Shown: positions 17,783 through 26,005, numbered from the stretch's first letter. The stretch is 29,541 nt of DNA from a bacterium (GCA_027021615.1 JALUTY010000085.1:1-29541), one strand, 5' to 3'. Translations and numbers: made by a program. The notes: generated from the letters alone by a model not told the origin.

Positions 17783-18895
17783 ATGACGATAAAAGGCCTG
17801 AAATACGACATTGGAGACGCACTGTGGGAAGGGGTCCCGTGCGCGGCGTTCGTAACCGACACTCGAGGACGGGTCGTGGGGTGGAACCCGGCTGCAGAGA
17901 TTCTGACCGGACGTCTGGCGCCGGATGTGGAGGGACGGCCGTGGCAGGAGGCCCTTGGTCGGCCGGACCCGGGGGGGGGGGCAGCTGACTCCCGGGGGAA
18001 CGCTTGGGTGGACACGGTGTGCGACGCCACCCGGGCGGACGGACGCCCCATGCGTCTCCGTCTCCGGTCCCGGCCCGTACGGGACCCGGCGGGCCGGCCC
18101 GCTGGCCGGCTGTGGCTGGCCACCGACCACTCCCTGCGGGACGCGGTGGACCGGAAGCTGGTTCAGTACGAGCGGCTGGCCACCTTGGGGGAGCTGGCCG
18201 CGTCCGTGGTGCACGAGGTGGGCAACCCCGTGTCGGTGATCCTGGGGTTCGCGGCGCTCCTCCAGAGCGAGACCGAGACCGACCCCGACGGATCGATCCG
18301 TCGCCGCATCTACGAAGAGGCACACCGATGCCGCACCCTGATCGACCAGCTGCTGGGCTACGCCCGCTCCGCAACGAGGGGAAGCGCGCCCGCGCCGGTG
18401 CGGCTGGCCGTGGTGGTGGGCGAGACCCTGCCCCTGGTGCGGCACCGCCTGCAGCGAGCCCAGGTGTCGGTGGACAGCCGTTTGCCCTCCGACCTGCCCT
18501 CCGTGTGGGGGGATGCGTCGGAGCTGAAGCAGGTCGTGCTGAACCTTTTGCTGAATGCGGCGGACGTGACGCCCCGCGGAGGGATGATCGAGGTTGTGGG
18601 CGACGTGGTGGAGCGGCAGGAGGAGAGAGGGGGGGACTCCCTTCTTGACCCGGTGCTGCGCCTGGAGCGCCAGACGCGGGTGAGGTTGCGGGTGGGAGAC
18701 CGGGGCCCCGGGCTCCGCGGCCAGGACCCGGAACGGTTCTTCGGACCGTTCGTGACCACCAAGGAGAAGGGCGGGGGATTGGGGCTCACCGTGTGCCGCC
18801 GCATCGTGGAGGCGTGGGGGGGGACCATCCGGCTCGAAGAGCGCGAGGGGGGAGGAGCCTGGGCCGTGGTGGAGCTTCCCGCACACGCCGGGTAA
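17783..18895 (+). CDS. PAS-domain sensor histidine kinase
   Basis: PAS FVTDTRGRVVGWNPAAEILTGR; LATLGELAASVVHEVGNPVSVILGFAALL (H-box), LKQVVLNLLLNAADVTP (N), DRGPGLRG, GGGLGLTVCRRIVEAWGG. Confidence 0.92.
   Translation: MTIKGLKYDIGDALWEGVPCAAFVTDTRGRVVGWNPAAEILTGRLAPDVEGRPWQEALGRPDPGGGAADSRGNAWVDTVCDATRADGRPMRLRLRSRPVRDPAGRPAGRLWLATDHSLRDAVDRKLVQYERLATLGELAASVVHEVGNPVSVILGFAALLQSETETDPDGSIRRRIYEEAHRCRTLIDQLLGYARSATRGSAPAPVRLAVVVGETLPLVRHRLQRAQVSVDSRLPSDLPSVWGDASELKQVVLNLLLNAADVTPRGGMIEVVGDVVERQEERGGDSLLDPVLRLERQTRVRLRVGDRGPGLRGQDPERFFGPFVTTKEKGGGLGLTVCRRIVEAWGGTIRLEEREGGGAWAVVELPAHAG
17971..17981 (+). repeat. Homopolymeric G11 tract inside the histidine kinase gene
   Basis: CCGGACCC-GGGGGGGGGGG-CAGCT, in the coding frame for DPGGGAADS. 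Confidence 0.9.
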
Positions 18896-18904
18896 CCCCT
18901 CCTC

Positions 18905-19188
18905 ATACCAAGTTGCGTTCAAACCAAGATCCGTCCGGGGGCCAGGGCAGGGGGCCTGGTTCCGGCCGTGCGGGAGTGCAGCATCCGCCTCACGCGGCCC
19001 CCGACACTCAGCCCGAGTGTCCCATGAACGGTAGAAAAGCGAACGTTGGCAATGCATTTCGGGTCACCGGCAGAGCGGGTATCGGCTGAGTGCCGGGGGC
19101 CGCGACTGTCGGAGCCACGCCCGGCGCTCCACCAGGCCCCTTGCCCCGCCGGTTCAGGGGTCTGATGGCCTTGAACGCAACTTGGTAT
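18905..19188. mobile_element. 284-bp MITE-like non-coding element with perfect 18-bp terminal inverted repeats
   Basis: Ends ATACCAAGTTGCGTTCAA (18905-18922) / TTGAACGCAACTTGGTAT (19171-19188); internal 19-nt inverted repeat with one mismatch (18995-19013 / 19085-19103); GGGGCCTGGT / ACCAGGCCCC arms. Confidence 0.8.
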
Positions 19189-19736
19189 CAGCCCCCGCCG
19201 TAAAGGAGCTCTCGCAGCCGCCGAACCACCCGGGGCACCGCCTCCAGGTGCCGGATGGGGCACGGCAGGGTCCAGTCCTGCCAGGGGCCCAGGAGCTCGG
19301 CATAGGGATCTGCGCAGGCCCGGGAGAGCCGGAGGGGCACCTGCGGGAAATGCCGCTCTAGGGTCTGTCGCAGGCACGCCACCAGCCGGTCCCGCTCGGT
19401 CTCTCCCTCTGCATGGAGGACCAGGGCCGAGGTCCCGTACCGATCCCGCCGACCCCCCAGCTTGCCGTGGAGGTAGAGGTCCGGGTGGTCCTCGGCCAGC
19501 TGGCCGAGGATCTCCATGCAGGTTGTCTCGTCCGGGGCCGCGGCCACCACCTTCCAGCAGTCCCAGGCATGGGGCAGGTCGATCTCCGTCCGGTCCGTCT
19601 TCAGTTGGTCCAGCAGCCCGGCGAGGCACGGCAGGCACCGCTCGTGGATTCGGCGCTTCGTGCGTTCCATTCGGGGGTGGGTCTCGAAGCTCCACCACCC
19701 CTCCCGGGACACCCGGTGCCCGAAATGGACCTCCAT
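19188..19736 (-). CDS. Hypothetical protein (about 182 aa; may start at 19811)
   Basis: Open frame downstream of the ligase and 61-aa gene: MEVHFGHRVSREGWWSFETHPRMERTKRRIHERCLPCLAGLLDQL...; stop codon abuts the 18905-19188 element. Confidence 0.55.
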   Translation of the reverse strand: MEVHFGHRVSREGWWSFETHPRMERTKRRIHERCLPCLAGLLDQLKTDRTEIDLPHAWDCWKVVAAAPDETTCMEILGQLAEDHPDLYLHGKLGGRRDRYGTSALVLHAEGETERDRLVACLRQTLERHFPQVPLRLSRACADPYAELLGPWQDWTLPCPIRHLEAVPRVVRRLRELLYGGG

Positions 19737-19759
19737 GGGAACGGGCCCGTCGGACCGGG

Positions 19760-19945
19760 CTACGGCGTTTTCGTCCCAGCAGGCGGCTCGAAATGGGCCC
19801 GGAGCACCCACAGGGTCCCCTCCATCCGGCGCACGTTCCGCTCCACCGCCGGGATGCCGTCCCCGGCCCGCTCCAGCTCCCTCAACGCCGAGGCCACCCG
19901 GTCCAACGCCTCGGCCACCTCACGGATCCGATCGTCCGGAGCCAT
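19760..19945 (-). CDS. Small hypothetical protein (61 aa)
   Basis: MAPDDRIREVAEALDRVASALRELERAGDGIPAVERNVRRMEGTLWVLRAHFEPPAGTKTP; ATGA overlap with the upstream ligase stop. Confidence 0.55.
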   Translation of the reverse strand: MAPDDRIREVAEALDRVASALRELERAGDGIPAVERNVRRMEGTLWVLRAHFEPPAGTKTP

Positions 19946-21288
19946 CACGCGCCTCCCTCCTTGCGAAGATCGTGGAACCTCCGGGCCTTCACCTGGTAGC
20001 GCGGCAGGCTGCCGTAGGGCTGGGGCTGGATGTCGAAGTTGAGCTGGGTCTTCCACCGGAGCCGGCTGGCCAGCTCCTTGAGCAGGCCGTCCCGGTCCGG
20101 CGGGGCCAGCCCGTCGGGCAGCTCCACCTTGAGGGTGATGTGATCCAGGTCGCCGCGCTTCTCCACGAAGATCTCGAACTCGCCGTCCAGCTCCTCGAAC
20201 GATCGGACCACCTCCTCCACGGTGACCGGGGAGAACAGCACCCCCTTCACCTTGGTGATGTGGTCCACCCGGCCGTGGACCCCCCCTTCGAGGATGCGCC
20301 AGGTGCGGCCGCATTCGCATCCGTCCGCGGCCCACATGGACACGTCCTTGGTGTCGAACCGCACGCACGGCTGGGCCCTCCGGTCGAAGGCGGTGATCAC
20401 GATCCGTCCCGGCACGCCGGGCCGGGTCACCGGGCGGTCGGAGTCAAGCTCCAGGAGCTCCACCAGGAACATGGACTCGATCACGTGCTGGCCCCCGGGC
20501 TGGTGCCGGCACTCGAACCCCCATGCGCCGACCTCGGTGGCGCCCACGTGGTCGTAGACGGGGCATCCCCAGGCGTCCTGCATGCGCTTCTTTGTCGTCG
20601 GAACCGAGGCCCCGGGCTCCCCGGCACAGGTGATCCGCCGGATGCCCCACTCCCGGGGGTCGGCGCCCAGGTCCTTGCGCGCGGTCTCGGCCATGCCCAG
20701 CACGTAGGTGGGGGTGGCCATGAAAGCGTTGGTCTTGAGCTCGCGCATCTTGAGCAGCCGCTCCCGGGTGCCCAGAACGCCCCCGGGGACCACCTCGCAC
20801 CCGAGCCGCTCGGCCCCGTAGTGGGCGGTCCAGAAGGCGATGAACACGTGGTAGCCGAAGGGGAAGAACACCCGGTCGGTGGGGCGGTACCCCTGGGCCC
20901 ACAGGATCGTGGCCCAGAGCTCCGAGAACCACTCCCAGTCGGCCCAGGTGTCGGGCTGGTACACGGGGGTGCCGGTGGTGCCCGAGGTCTGATGGTACTC
21001 GGTCACCTCCTCCAGGGGCACGCACAGGGTGTCGCCGTAGGGAAACGGGTCCGTGCCCTGGCACCGGTAGTCGTCCTTGGTCACCAGGGGCACCTTGGCC
21101 AGGTCGTCCCAGGTCCGCACGTCCTCCGGACGAAGGCCGGCCTCGTCGTACTTGCGGCGGTACATGGGGCTTCGCTCGTACACCCAGGCGAGCACCCGCC
21201 GGAACTTGGCCAGCTGGATCTCCCGGAGCCGGTCCGGGTCCAGGGTCTCGGTGATCGGGTTCCAGTACTCGGTCTCCGGGTACGGCAT
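19945..21288 (-). CDS. Phenylacetate/aryl-CoA ligase-like AMP-forming enzyme (PaaK family)
   Basis: SPMYRRKYDEAGLRPEDVRTWDDLAKVPLVTKDDYR, EYHQTSGTTGTPVY, GAWGFECRHQPGGQHVIESMFLVELL, ITKVKGVLFSP. Confidence 0.88.
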   Translation of the reverse strand: MPYPETEYWNPITETLDPDRLREIQLAKFRRVLAWVYERSPMYRRKYDEAGLRPEDVRTWDDLAKVPLVTKDDYRCQGTDPFPYGDTLCVPLEEVTEYHQTSGTTGTPVYQPDTWADWEWFSELWATILWAQGYRPTDRVFFPFGYHVFIAFWTAHYGAERLGCEVVPGGVLGTRERLLKMRELKTNAFMATPTYVLGMAETARKDLGADPREWGIRRITCAGEPGASVPTTKKRMQDAWGCPVYDHVGATEVGAWGFECRHQPGGQHVIESMFLVELLELDSDRPVTRPGVPGRIVITAFDRRAQPCVRFDTKDVSMWAADGCECGRTWRILEGGVHGRVDHITKVKGVLFSPVTVEEVVRSFEELDGEFEIFVEKRGDLDHITLKVELPDGLAPPDRDGLLKELASRLRWKTQLNFDIQPQPYGSLPRYQVKARRFHDLRKEGGA

Positions 21289-21398
21289 GGTTTCTCTCCG
21301 AGGCTAGGAAGCTGGAAGGCTAAAAGGCTAGAAGGCTAGGAAGCTGGAAAGCCAAAGACCTCCGCGATCTTTAAGCGCTGCGCCGTCACCACAAGTCG

Positions 21399-21492
21399 GG
21401 GATGCCTGGGGCCTGGTGGAGCGCCGGGCGTGGCTCCTACAGTCGCTGCATTCGGCACTCACGCACGGCCGAAACCAGGCCCCAGGCATCCC
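21399..21492 (+). repeat. Long-stem hairpin repeat element, short form of the GC-rich family
   Basis: Perfect 19-bp inverted repeat GGGATGCCTGGGGCCTGGT (21399-21417) / ACCAGGCCCCAGGCATCCC (21474-21492); interior GGAGCGCCGGGCGTGGCTCC is shared with the reverse complement of 18905-19188. Confidence 0.8.
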
Positions 21493-21533
21493 TATTGACC
21501 CGGCGGACAAACAGGCGCTATCGCTCACTGCTC

Positions 21534-21702
21534 GGACCTGCCGGAGAGCCGGGCGCGGCCCCTTAACTCGCCGCGCAGCGCCTCCGACGCTCGGATCGCG
21601 AAATGGTTCGGATTCCACCGAGTTGTCATGAAACCAGCTCTTCGGTCCCGTGCCTGCGCGGCGAATCCCATGCCCGGCTTCGCGCCCGGCCTTTAGGCAG
21701 GT
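21534..21702. repeat. Additional family member with GGACCTGCC / GGCAGGTCC arms
   Basis: GGACCTGCC (21534-21542) / GGCAGGTCC (21694-21702) and GCCGGGCGCG (21548-21557) / CGCGCCCGGC (21679-21688). GGAGAGCCGGGCGCGGCCCCTTA is shared with the 21752-22025 element. Confidence 0.65.
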
Positions 21703-21751
21703 CCCTTGCCCCGCCCTCCGAGGTGCCGCGCTTATTTTGCCGCCAGGTTAA

Positions 21752-22025
21752 TACTAACTACCAACGGAACTATTGTCAGATCCCCGGCGTTCACAAGGGA
21801 ACCAGCGGGTGGGGGGCTGGTGGAGAGCCGGGCGCGGCCCCTTACGTCGCCGCGCCCTCACCCGGCCTGGATCGCTCTGTAAGTTCAGGAACTTCCGCCA
21901 CCAGCGCCCCGGCCTACCGGGCTGACAACGGCATGCGAAGGCGCGGCGAAGGGGATGCCGCACTCGCGCCCGGCCGGAACCAGTCCCCCACCCGCGTCCG
22001 GCAATACCTTCGTAGGCCTTAGTAA
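21752..22025 (-). repeat. 274-bp structured repeat element (family A/D), copy 2
   Basis: Reverse complement closely matches 1517-1790 from TTACTAAGGCCTACGAAGGTATTGCC through GGGGATCTGACAATAGTT-CGTTGGTA. Confidence 0.85.
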
Positions 22026-22052
22026 GCTTTGGCGCGGCTGGGGAGTTCCCGG

Positions 22053-22067
22053 CGGGCCGAAGGCCCG
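22053..22067 (-). terminator. Short strong hairpin just downstream of ubiX
   Basis: CGGGCC-GAA-GGCCCG immediately 3' of the ubiX stop on the minus strand; no T-tract. Confidence 0.35.
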
Positions 22068-22073
22068 AAGGGC

Positions 22074-22670
22074 TCATCCTCCCGCCGACAGCACCTTCAC
22101 GTCGCTGCCCTTCCAGCGGCGGAACAGGTTGTGCTCGATGCGGAGCTGGTCGAGCACTTTGCCCACGGTCTGATCCACGATCTCCTCCACCGTGCGGGGG
22201 CGGTGGTAGAAGGCCACCATAGGGGGCAGGATCACCGCCCCGATGTCTGCGCACCGGCGGAGGATGTCCAGGTGCCCCTTGTGCAACGGGGTCTCCCGGA
22301 ACAGCAGGACCAGGGGCCGGCGCTCCTTCAGGGTCACGTCGGCCGCCCGCACCAGCAGGTTGTCATTGTACGAGTTGGAGATGGCCGAGGCGGTCTTCAC
22401 CGAGCAGGGGGCCACCACCATGCCCTCGGTCAGGAACGATCCGCTGGCAATGGCCGCTCCCACGTCCTCGGGGTCGTAGACCTTGGAGGCCAGGGCCTCC
22501 ACCCGCTCCGGGGTCCAGTCGCTCTCGAGCCGGATGTTGCGCCGGGCGGCCTTGGAGAGGATCAGATGGGTCTCCACCCCGAGCTCCCGGAGCACCTGCA
22601 AGAGCCGGATGCCGTACTGGGGGCCGGTGGCCCCGGAGATGCCAACCACCAATCTACGGGGTACGTTCAT
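22074..22670 (-). CDS. ubiX: UbiX-family flavin prenyltransferase
   Basis: RRLVVGISGATGPQYGIRLLQVL, VVAPCSVKTASAISNSYNDNLLVRAADVTLKERRPLVLLFRETPLHKGHL, ADIGAVILPPMVAFYHRP. Confidence 0.93.
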   Translation of the reverse strand: MNVPRRLVVGISGATGPQYGIRLLQVLRELGVETHLILSKAARRNIRLESDWTPERVEALASKVYDPEDVGAAIASGSFLTEGMVVAPCSVKTASAISNSYNDNLLVRAADVTLKERRPLVLLFRETPLHKGHLDILRRCADIGAVILPPMVAFYHRPRTVEEIVDQTVGKVLDQLRIEHNLFRRWKGSDVKVLSAGG

Positions 22671-24010
22671 CGCTCTCTCCTCGTGAGGAACCCAAGGGCC
22701 CGTTCCAATGCCGGCCCAGGGACTCGGGCCCGCCGTCCGGGTACCCGATGGTACCCGGTGGCGTCCACCCCTGCCTTGGCCGTGACCGCGTGCTCGTGGG
22801 CCGAAGGGTCGATGGGCTGGCCCTGGAGACCCGGCAGGATCACCCAGTCCCGGTCGGGCTGGGTCCGGCTCACCACGGACCACTCCACGTCCCAGGGGTC
22901 TTCCACGTCCACGTCCTCGGCCACGGCCACCACCTGCTTCACCCGGGTCTCGCGCAGCAGGATCTTCAGGAATGCCCGGATCCGGTCCGGCGTTGTCGGA
23001 GCGAGCCGGACCACCACCGAGGCGCCGTACGAGAACGGGACGGCCCGGACCGCCGTGACCTCGACCGGCACAGACCCGAGCAGGGCCTGCACGGAGGCCT
23101 CGGCCACCATGCCTAGGAGCCGGTCGGCCTCCCACCCGGTGGGGAGGAGGGCGTGGTACAGGGGGCTCTGCCGGCACCGGACCGATCTCACCACGAAGGT
23201 GGGGGTGGCGGAAAACGATACGTGGTACCCGCTGATCTCCCCGAACGGGCCGTCCGGGCGCTCGTCCGAGGGGTCGATCTCGCCCTCCAGCAGGATCTCG
23301 GCCTCGGCCGGCACCGGGATACCGGTGTGGGGGGCGCTCACCAGGTCCACGGGCTCCCCCCGCAGGGCGCCGGCCGCGGCCATCTTGTCCTCGCCGGCGC
23401 GCCCCTTGAGGGCTGCGGCGAGAAAGGTGAGCGGCTCGTGCCCCAGGGTCACAGCGGCCGGCAGGGGCCGGCCCGTCGCCTTGGCCTCGGCATACACCTC
23501 GGACAGGGGCGGGTTCAGCAGGGCCACGCCGAACCGGTCCGGCCCGCGCTGCTCCATGCGGTGGACGCCCCGGGCCACGGTGCCGGTGCGGGGATCCACG
23601 GCCGAGACCACGGCCGTAGTCAGGAACGCCCCGGAGTCGCCCTCGTAGTGGGTGAGCACGGGCAGAAGCTCCCCGATCTCTGCCGGCTCGATCGACCGTT
23701 CGAGCACGGGGCCGTCGGCCCCGGTCCGCGGCGGGACCTCGGCGGTGCACCGCTCCACGAACGCGCGGCCGGCCCGCTCCGGGGGCACGCCCAGGCCATG
23801 GGCCAGGACCTCGTCGTGGCACAGCACGTTCCCCACCACCGGCAGCGGGCCCCGGTCGGTCCGGCCCACGTGCACGGCTCGATGCTGCCGGGACGCCACG
23901 TGGAGCAGGGCCGCCACCTCGTGCCGCACCGACACGGGGCCCCCCACCTCCGCCAGGCGACCACAGGCCTGGAGGAACGCCACCACATCGGTCAGGTCGC
24001 GGAACGCCAC
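22667..24010 (-). CDS. UbiD-family (de)carboxylase paralogue 1, divergent
   Basis: VAFRDLTDVVAFLQACGRLAEV, GVHRMEQRGP, VPVPAEAEILLEGEIDPSDERPDGPFGEISGY; overlaps the ubiX start (ATGA). GTG start inferred. Confidence 0.85.
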   Translation of the reverse strand: MAFRDLTDVVAFLQACGRLAEVGGPVSVRHEVAALLHVASRQHRAVHVGRTDRGPLPVVGNVLCHDEVLAHGLGVPPERAGRAFVERCTAEVPPRTGADGPVLERSIEPAEIGELLPVLTHYEGDSGAFLTTAVVSAVDPRTGTVARGVHRMEQRGPDRFGVALLNPPLSEVYAEAKATGRPLPAAVTLGHEPLTFLAAALKGRAGEDKMAAAGALRGEPVDLVSAPHTGIPVPAEAEILLEGEIDPSDERPDGPFGEISGYHVSFSATPTFVVRSVRCRQSPLYHALLPTGWEADRLLGMVAEASVQALLGSVPVEVTAVRAVPFSYGASVVVRLAPTTPDRIRAFLKILLRETRVKQVVAVAEDVDVEDPWDVEWSVVSRTQPDRDWVILPGLQGQPIDPSAHEHAVTAKAGVDATGYHRVPGRRARVPGPALERALGFLTRRER

Positions 24011-24023
24011 GATCCGTGCTCCC

Positions 24024-24278
24024 CTACCGCCACGCTTCCGGGATGGGGTCCACCTCCTCCACCACCCGGATCGACCAGGGCTCGCCCACCCATTGCCCGC
24101 GGCCCAGGCGGGGCCACAGCCTTTCCGGGTACTTGGAGGGCTCACTCGACACCTTGGCCCGGACCACCTGGCACCGGTACTTGGCCCGGCCCGGGGTGAG
24201 GTCCCGGATCACCAGGCGGATCTCCTCGTCCTGGGGGACCTCCTGCAGGTTCTCGAAGAACGCGTCGTACTCAGCCAT
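24024..24278 (-). CDS. Small protein (84 aa), candidate gamma-type subunit of a phenylphosphate-carboxylase-like enzyme
   Basis: MAEYDAFFENLQEVPQDEEIRLVIRDLTPGRAKYRCQVVRAKVSSEPSKYPERLWPRLGRGQWVGEPWSIRVVEEVDPIPEAWR, 13 bp from the UbiD-1 start; subunit assignment rests on context and resemblance. Confidence 0.5.
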   Translation of the reverse strand: MAEYDAFFENLQEVPQDEEIRLVIRDLTPGRAKYRCQVVRAKVSSEPSKYPERLWPRLGRGQWVGEPWSIRVVEEVDPIPEAWR

Positions 24279-24339
24279 GGTTCGGACTCCTTGCCGGTAA
24301 CTTCGGTCGTCGGTCGTCAGTCTGGGCCTTCGGCCATAT

Positions 24340-24540
24340 CAGGGGCCAGAATTCAGAAGTCAGTAGACAGGGAGAAGGATCTTCGGTGCGTCGAGAGGAT
24401 CCCCCCGGGAAACCGAACTGCTTTTCGGGATTTCCTGTCTTCTGTCCGCTGAAATCTGTCTCCTGAACCGTCGGCCCCATGCCTCCGGCGTGAAGGCTTC
24501 GGACCAACAAACGTTACCCTTCCCCGTTGTAGGGCTCCGC
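24340..24540 (+). repeat. Intergenic repeat family E, diverged copy 2
   Basis: CTCCTGAACCGTCGGCCCCATGCC...GGACCAACAAACGTTACCCTTCCCCGTTGTAGGGCTCCGCAGGGGCC matches copies near 1259 (minus) and 27040. Confidence 0.6.
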
Positions 24541-24556
24541 AGGGGCCTCACGGGGC

Positions 24557-26005
24557 TTATTCGGAAAACCCGTATGCCTTCCAGTTGGCCAGCACCTTGT
24601 CCCGGATCTCCTGGGGGTAGACCGTGTCGAACGCCACGAGGATCGGGATGTCGGAGGGCTGCCAGTCCCGCGGGAACAGGCAGTCGAACAGCACCTTGGC
24701 GCCCTTGCCCATGCGGCGCTCGGCCGGGGTGGCAAACGGGTTCAAAGGAGTGCCCACGTCCCCTTCGTACACGTGGATGCCGTTGACCGGATGGCATCGG
24801 GTGCTCAGGGCGTGGATCACCTGGTTCTTGTTGTAGATGTCGGTGTTCTCGTCCACCACCACCACCATGTGGAACCAGGGGCCCAGCTTGCTGCCGAACA
24901 CCAGGTTGGCGATCTGGCGGGCGATGCCGGTGTACGCGTGACGGGTGCCGATCACCACCAGGTGGTGGGTGGACTCGGGCCACATGTACACGCCGGTGAT
25001 CGGGATGCCCTGGCTCCGCAGGAGCTTCTCCATCTCGAGGCTCAGGGAGAACGACCGCAGGAGCTGGCCCTCGTCCGTGGGCACGCCCATGTTCGACACG
25101 GTGAGGATCGGGTTGTCCCGGAAGGTGATCGCCCGGATCCGGTACACGGTGCGCCGTTCCCGGGGCGAGGTGCGGTAGCCGGTGTACTCCCCGAAGGGGG
25201 CCTCCTCGAGCCAGACGCCCGGCAGCACCTCGCCCTCGATGATGATCTCGGCGTGGGCCGGCACCAGCAGGTCGGAGGTCTCGCACTTCACCACCTCCAC
25301 CGCCTCGCCCATGAGGAGGCTCGCGAACTCGTCCTCCGGGATCGGGGAGGGCGCGCAGGCGGCCACGCCGGACAGCGGGTCCATGCCGATCACCGTGGCG
25401 AACGGCATGGGCTGGTTCCGGGGCACGTACTTGTTGAAGAACATCTTGCCCATGTCGGAGAACGGCAGCACCGGGCCCACCATGGTCTTCTCGTCGAACA
25501 CCATCTGGCGGTACATGCCCCAGTTCACCTCTCCGGTGTCCGGGTCCTTGGCCACCACCATGTGCCAGGTGGCCAGGTACCGGCCGCCGTCGCCGTCGTG
25601 GACCATGGGCGCGGGCAGGTTGAACAGGTTGGCGTCGTCGCCCGTCCACACGTTCTGCTTGCACGGGGCCCGGCTGCGGTCCACCACCCTGGGCTTGAGG
25701 GGCTCGCCCCGCTCGGTGCGCTCCACATAGGCCCTGCCGATCTCCGGGATCGGGGTGGCGGCCGGAAGCCCCAGGGACACCGCCAGCTTCCGGTAGGTGG
25801 CCAGGGGCGCGCCCAGGGCCTCGAAGCCGGGGTAGTCCTTGATCTTCTTGAAGTGGGGCGACGGGCCCTGGAGCTCGCACACCCGCCGGACGATGGCCCC
25901 GAGCTCCAGGTCCCAGTCCACCTCGGGCTCGACCGTGACCAGGTCTCCGGTGGCCCGCAGGGCCTCGATGAACTCGCGGTTGTCCTTGTAGTAGCGGTAC
26001 GCCAT
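24557..26005 (-). CDS. UbiD-family (de)carboxylase paralogue 2 (PpcA/PpcB-like)
   Basis: MAYRYYKDNREFIEALRATGDLVTVEPEVDWDLELGAIVRR, EVNWGMYRQMVF, LLVPAHAEIIIEGEVLPGVWLEEAPFGEYTGYRT. Confidence 0.92.
   Translation of the reverse strand: MAYRYYKDNREFIEALRATGDLVTVEPEVDWDLELGAIVRRVCELQGPSPHFKKIKDYPGFEALGAPLATYRKLAVSLGLPAATPIPEIGRAYVERTERGEPLKPRVVDRSRAPCKQNVWTGDDANLFNLPAPMVHDGDGGRYLATWHMVVAKDPDTGEVNWGMYRQMVFDEKTMVGPVLPFSDMGKMFFNKYVPRNQPMPFATVIGMDPLSGVAACAPSPIPEDEFASLLMGEAVEVVKCETSDLLVPAHAEIIIEGEVLPGVWLEEAPFGEYTGYRTSPRERRTVYRIRAITFRDNPILTVSNMGVPTDEGQLLRSFSLSLEMEKLLRSQGIPITGVYMWPESTHHLVVIGTRHAYTGIARQIANLVFGSKLGPWFHMVVVVDENTDIYNKNQVIHALSTRCHPVNGIHVYEGDVGTPLNPFATPAERRMGKGAKVLFDCLFPRDWQPSDIPILVAFDTVYPQEIRDKVLANWKAYGFSE

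Noticed and set aside
18793-19089. 98-aa ORF spanning the kinase 3' end and the 284-bp element
   Set aside because: Crosses the element boundary and overlaps the kinase gene; no coding support.
19945-21288. Assignment as bona fide phenylacetate-CoA ligase (paaK)
   Set aside because: Family membership is clear but substrate cannot be read from sequence; no phenylacetate catabolic genes are nearby.
21302-21357. Possible CRISPR array because of regularly repeated GCTAGAAGG/GCTGGAAAG words
   Set aside because: Units are about 7-10 nt, degenerate and contiguous, with no uniform repeat plus unique-spacer architecture and no cas genes.
21754-22254. ORFs overlapping the repeat elements (e.g. RRAFACR...RWRKFLN / RPALHQPPTRWFPCERRGSDN), also at 1579-1815
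   Set aside because: The similar peptides arise because both copies of the 274-bp element are near-identical DNA; internal inverted-repeat structure and lack of RBS favour non-coding.
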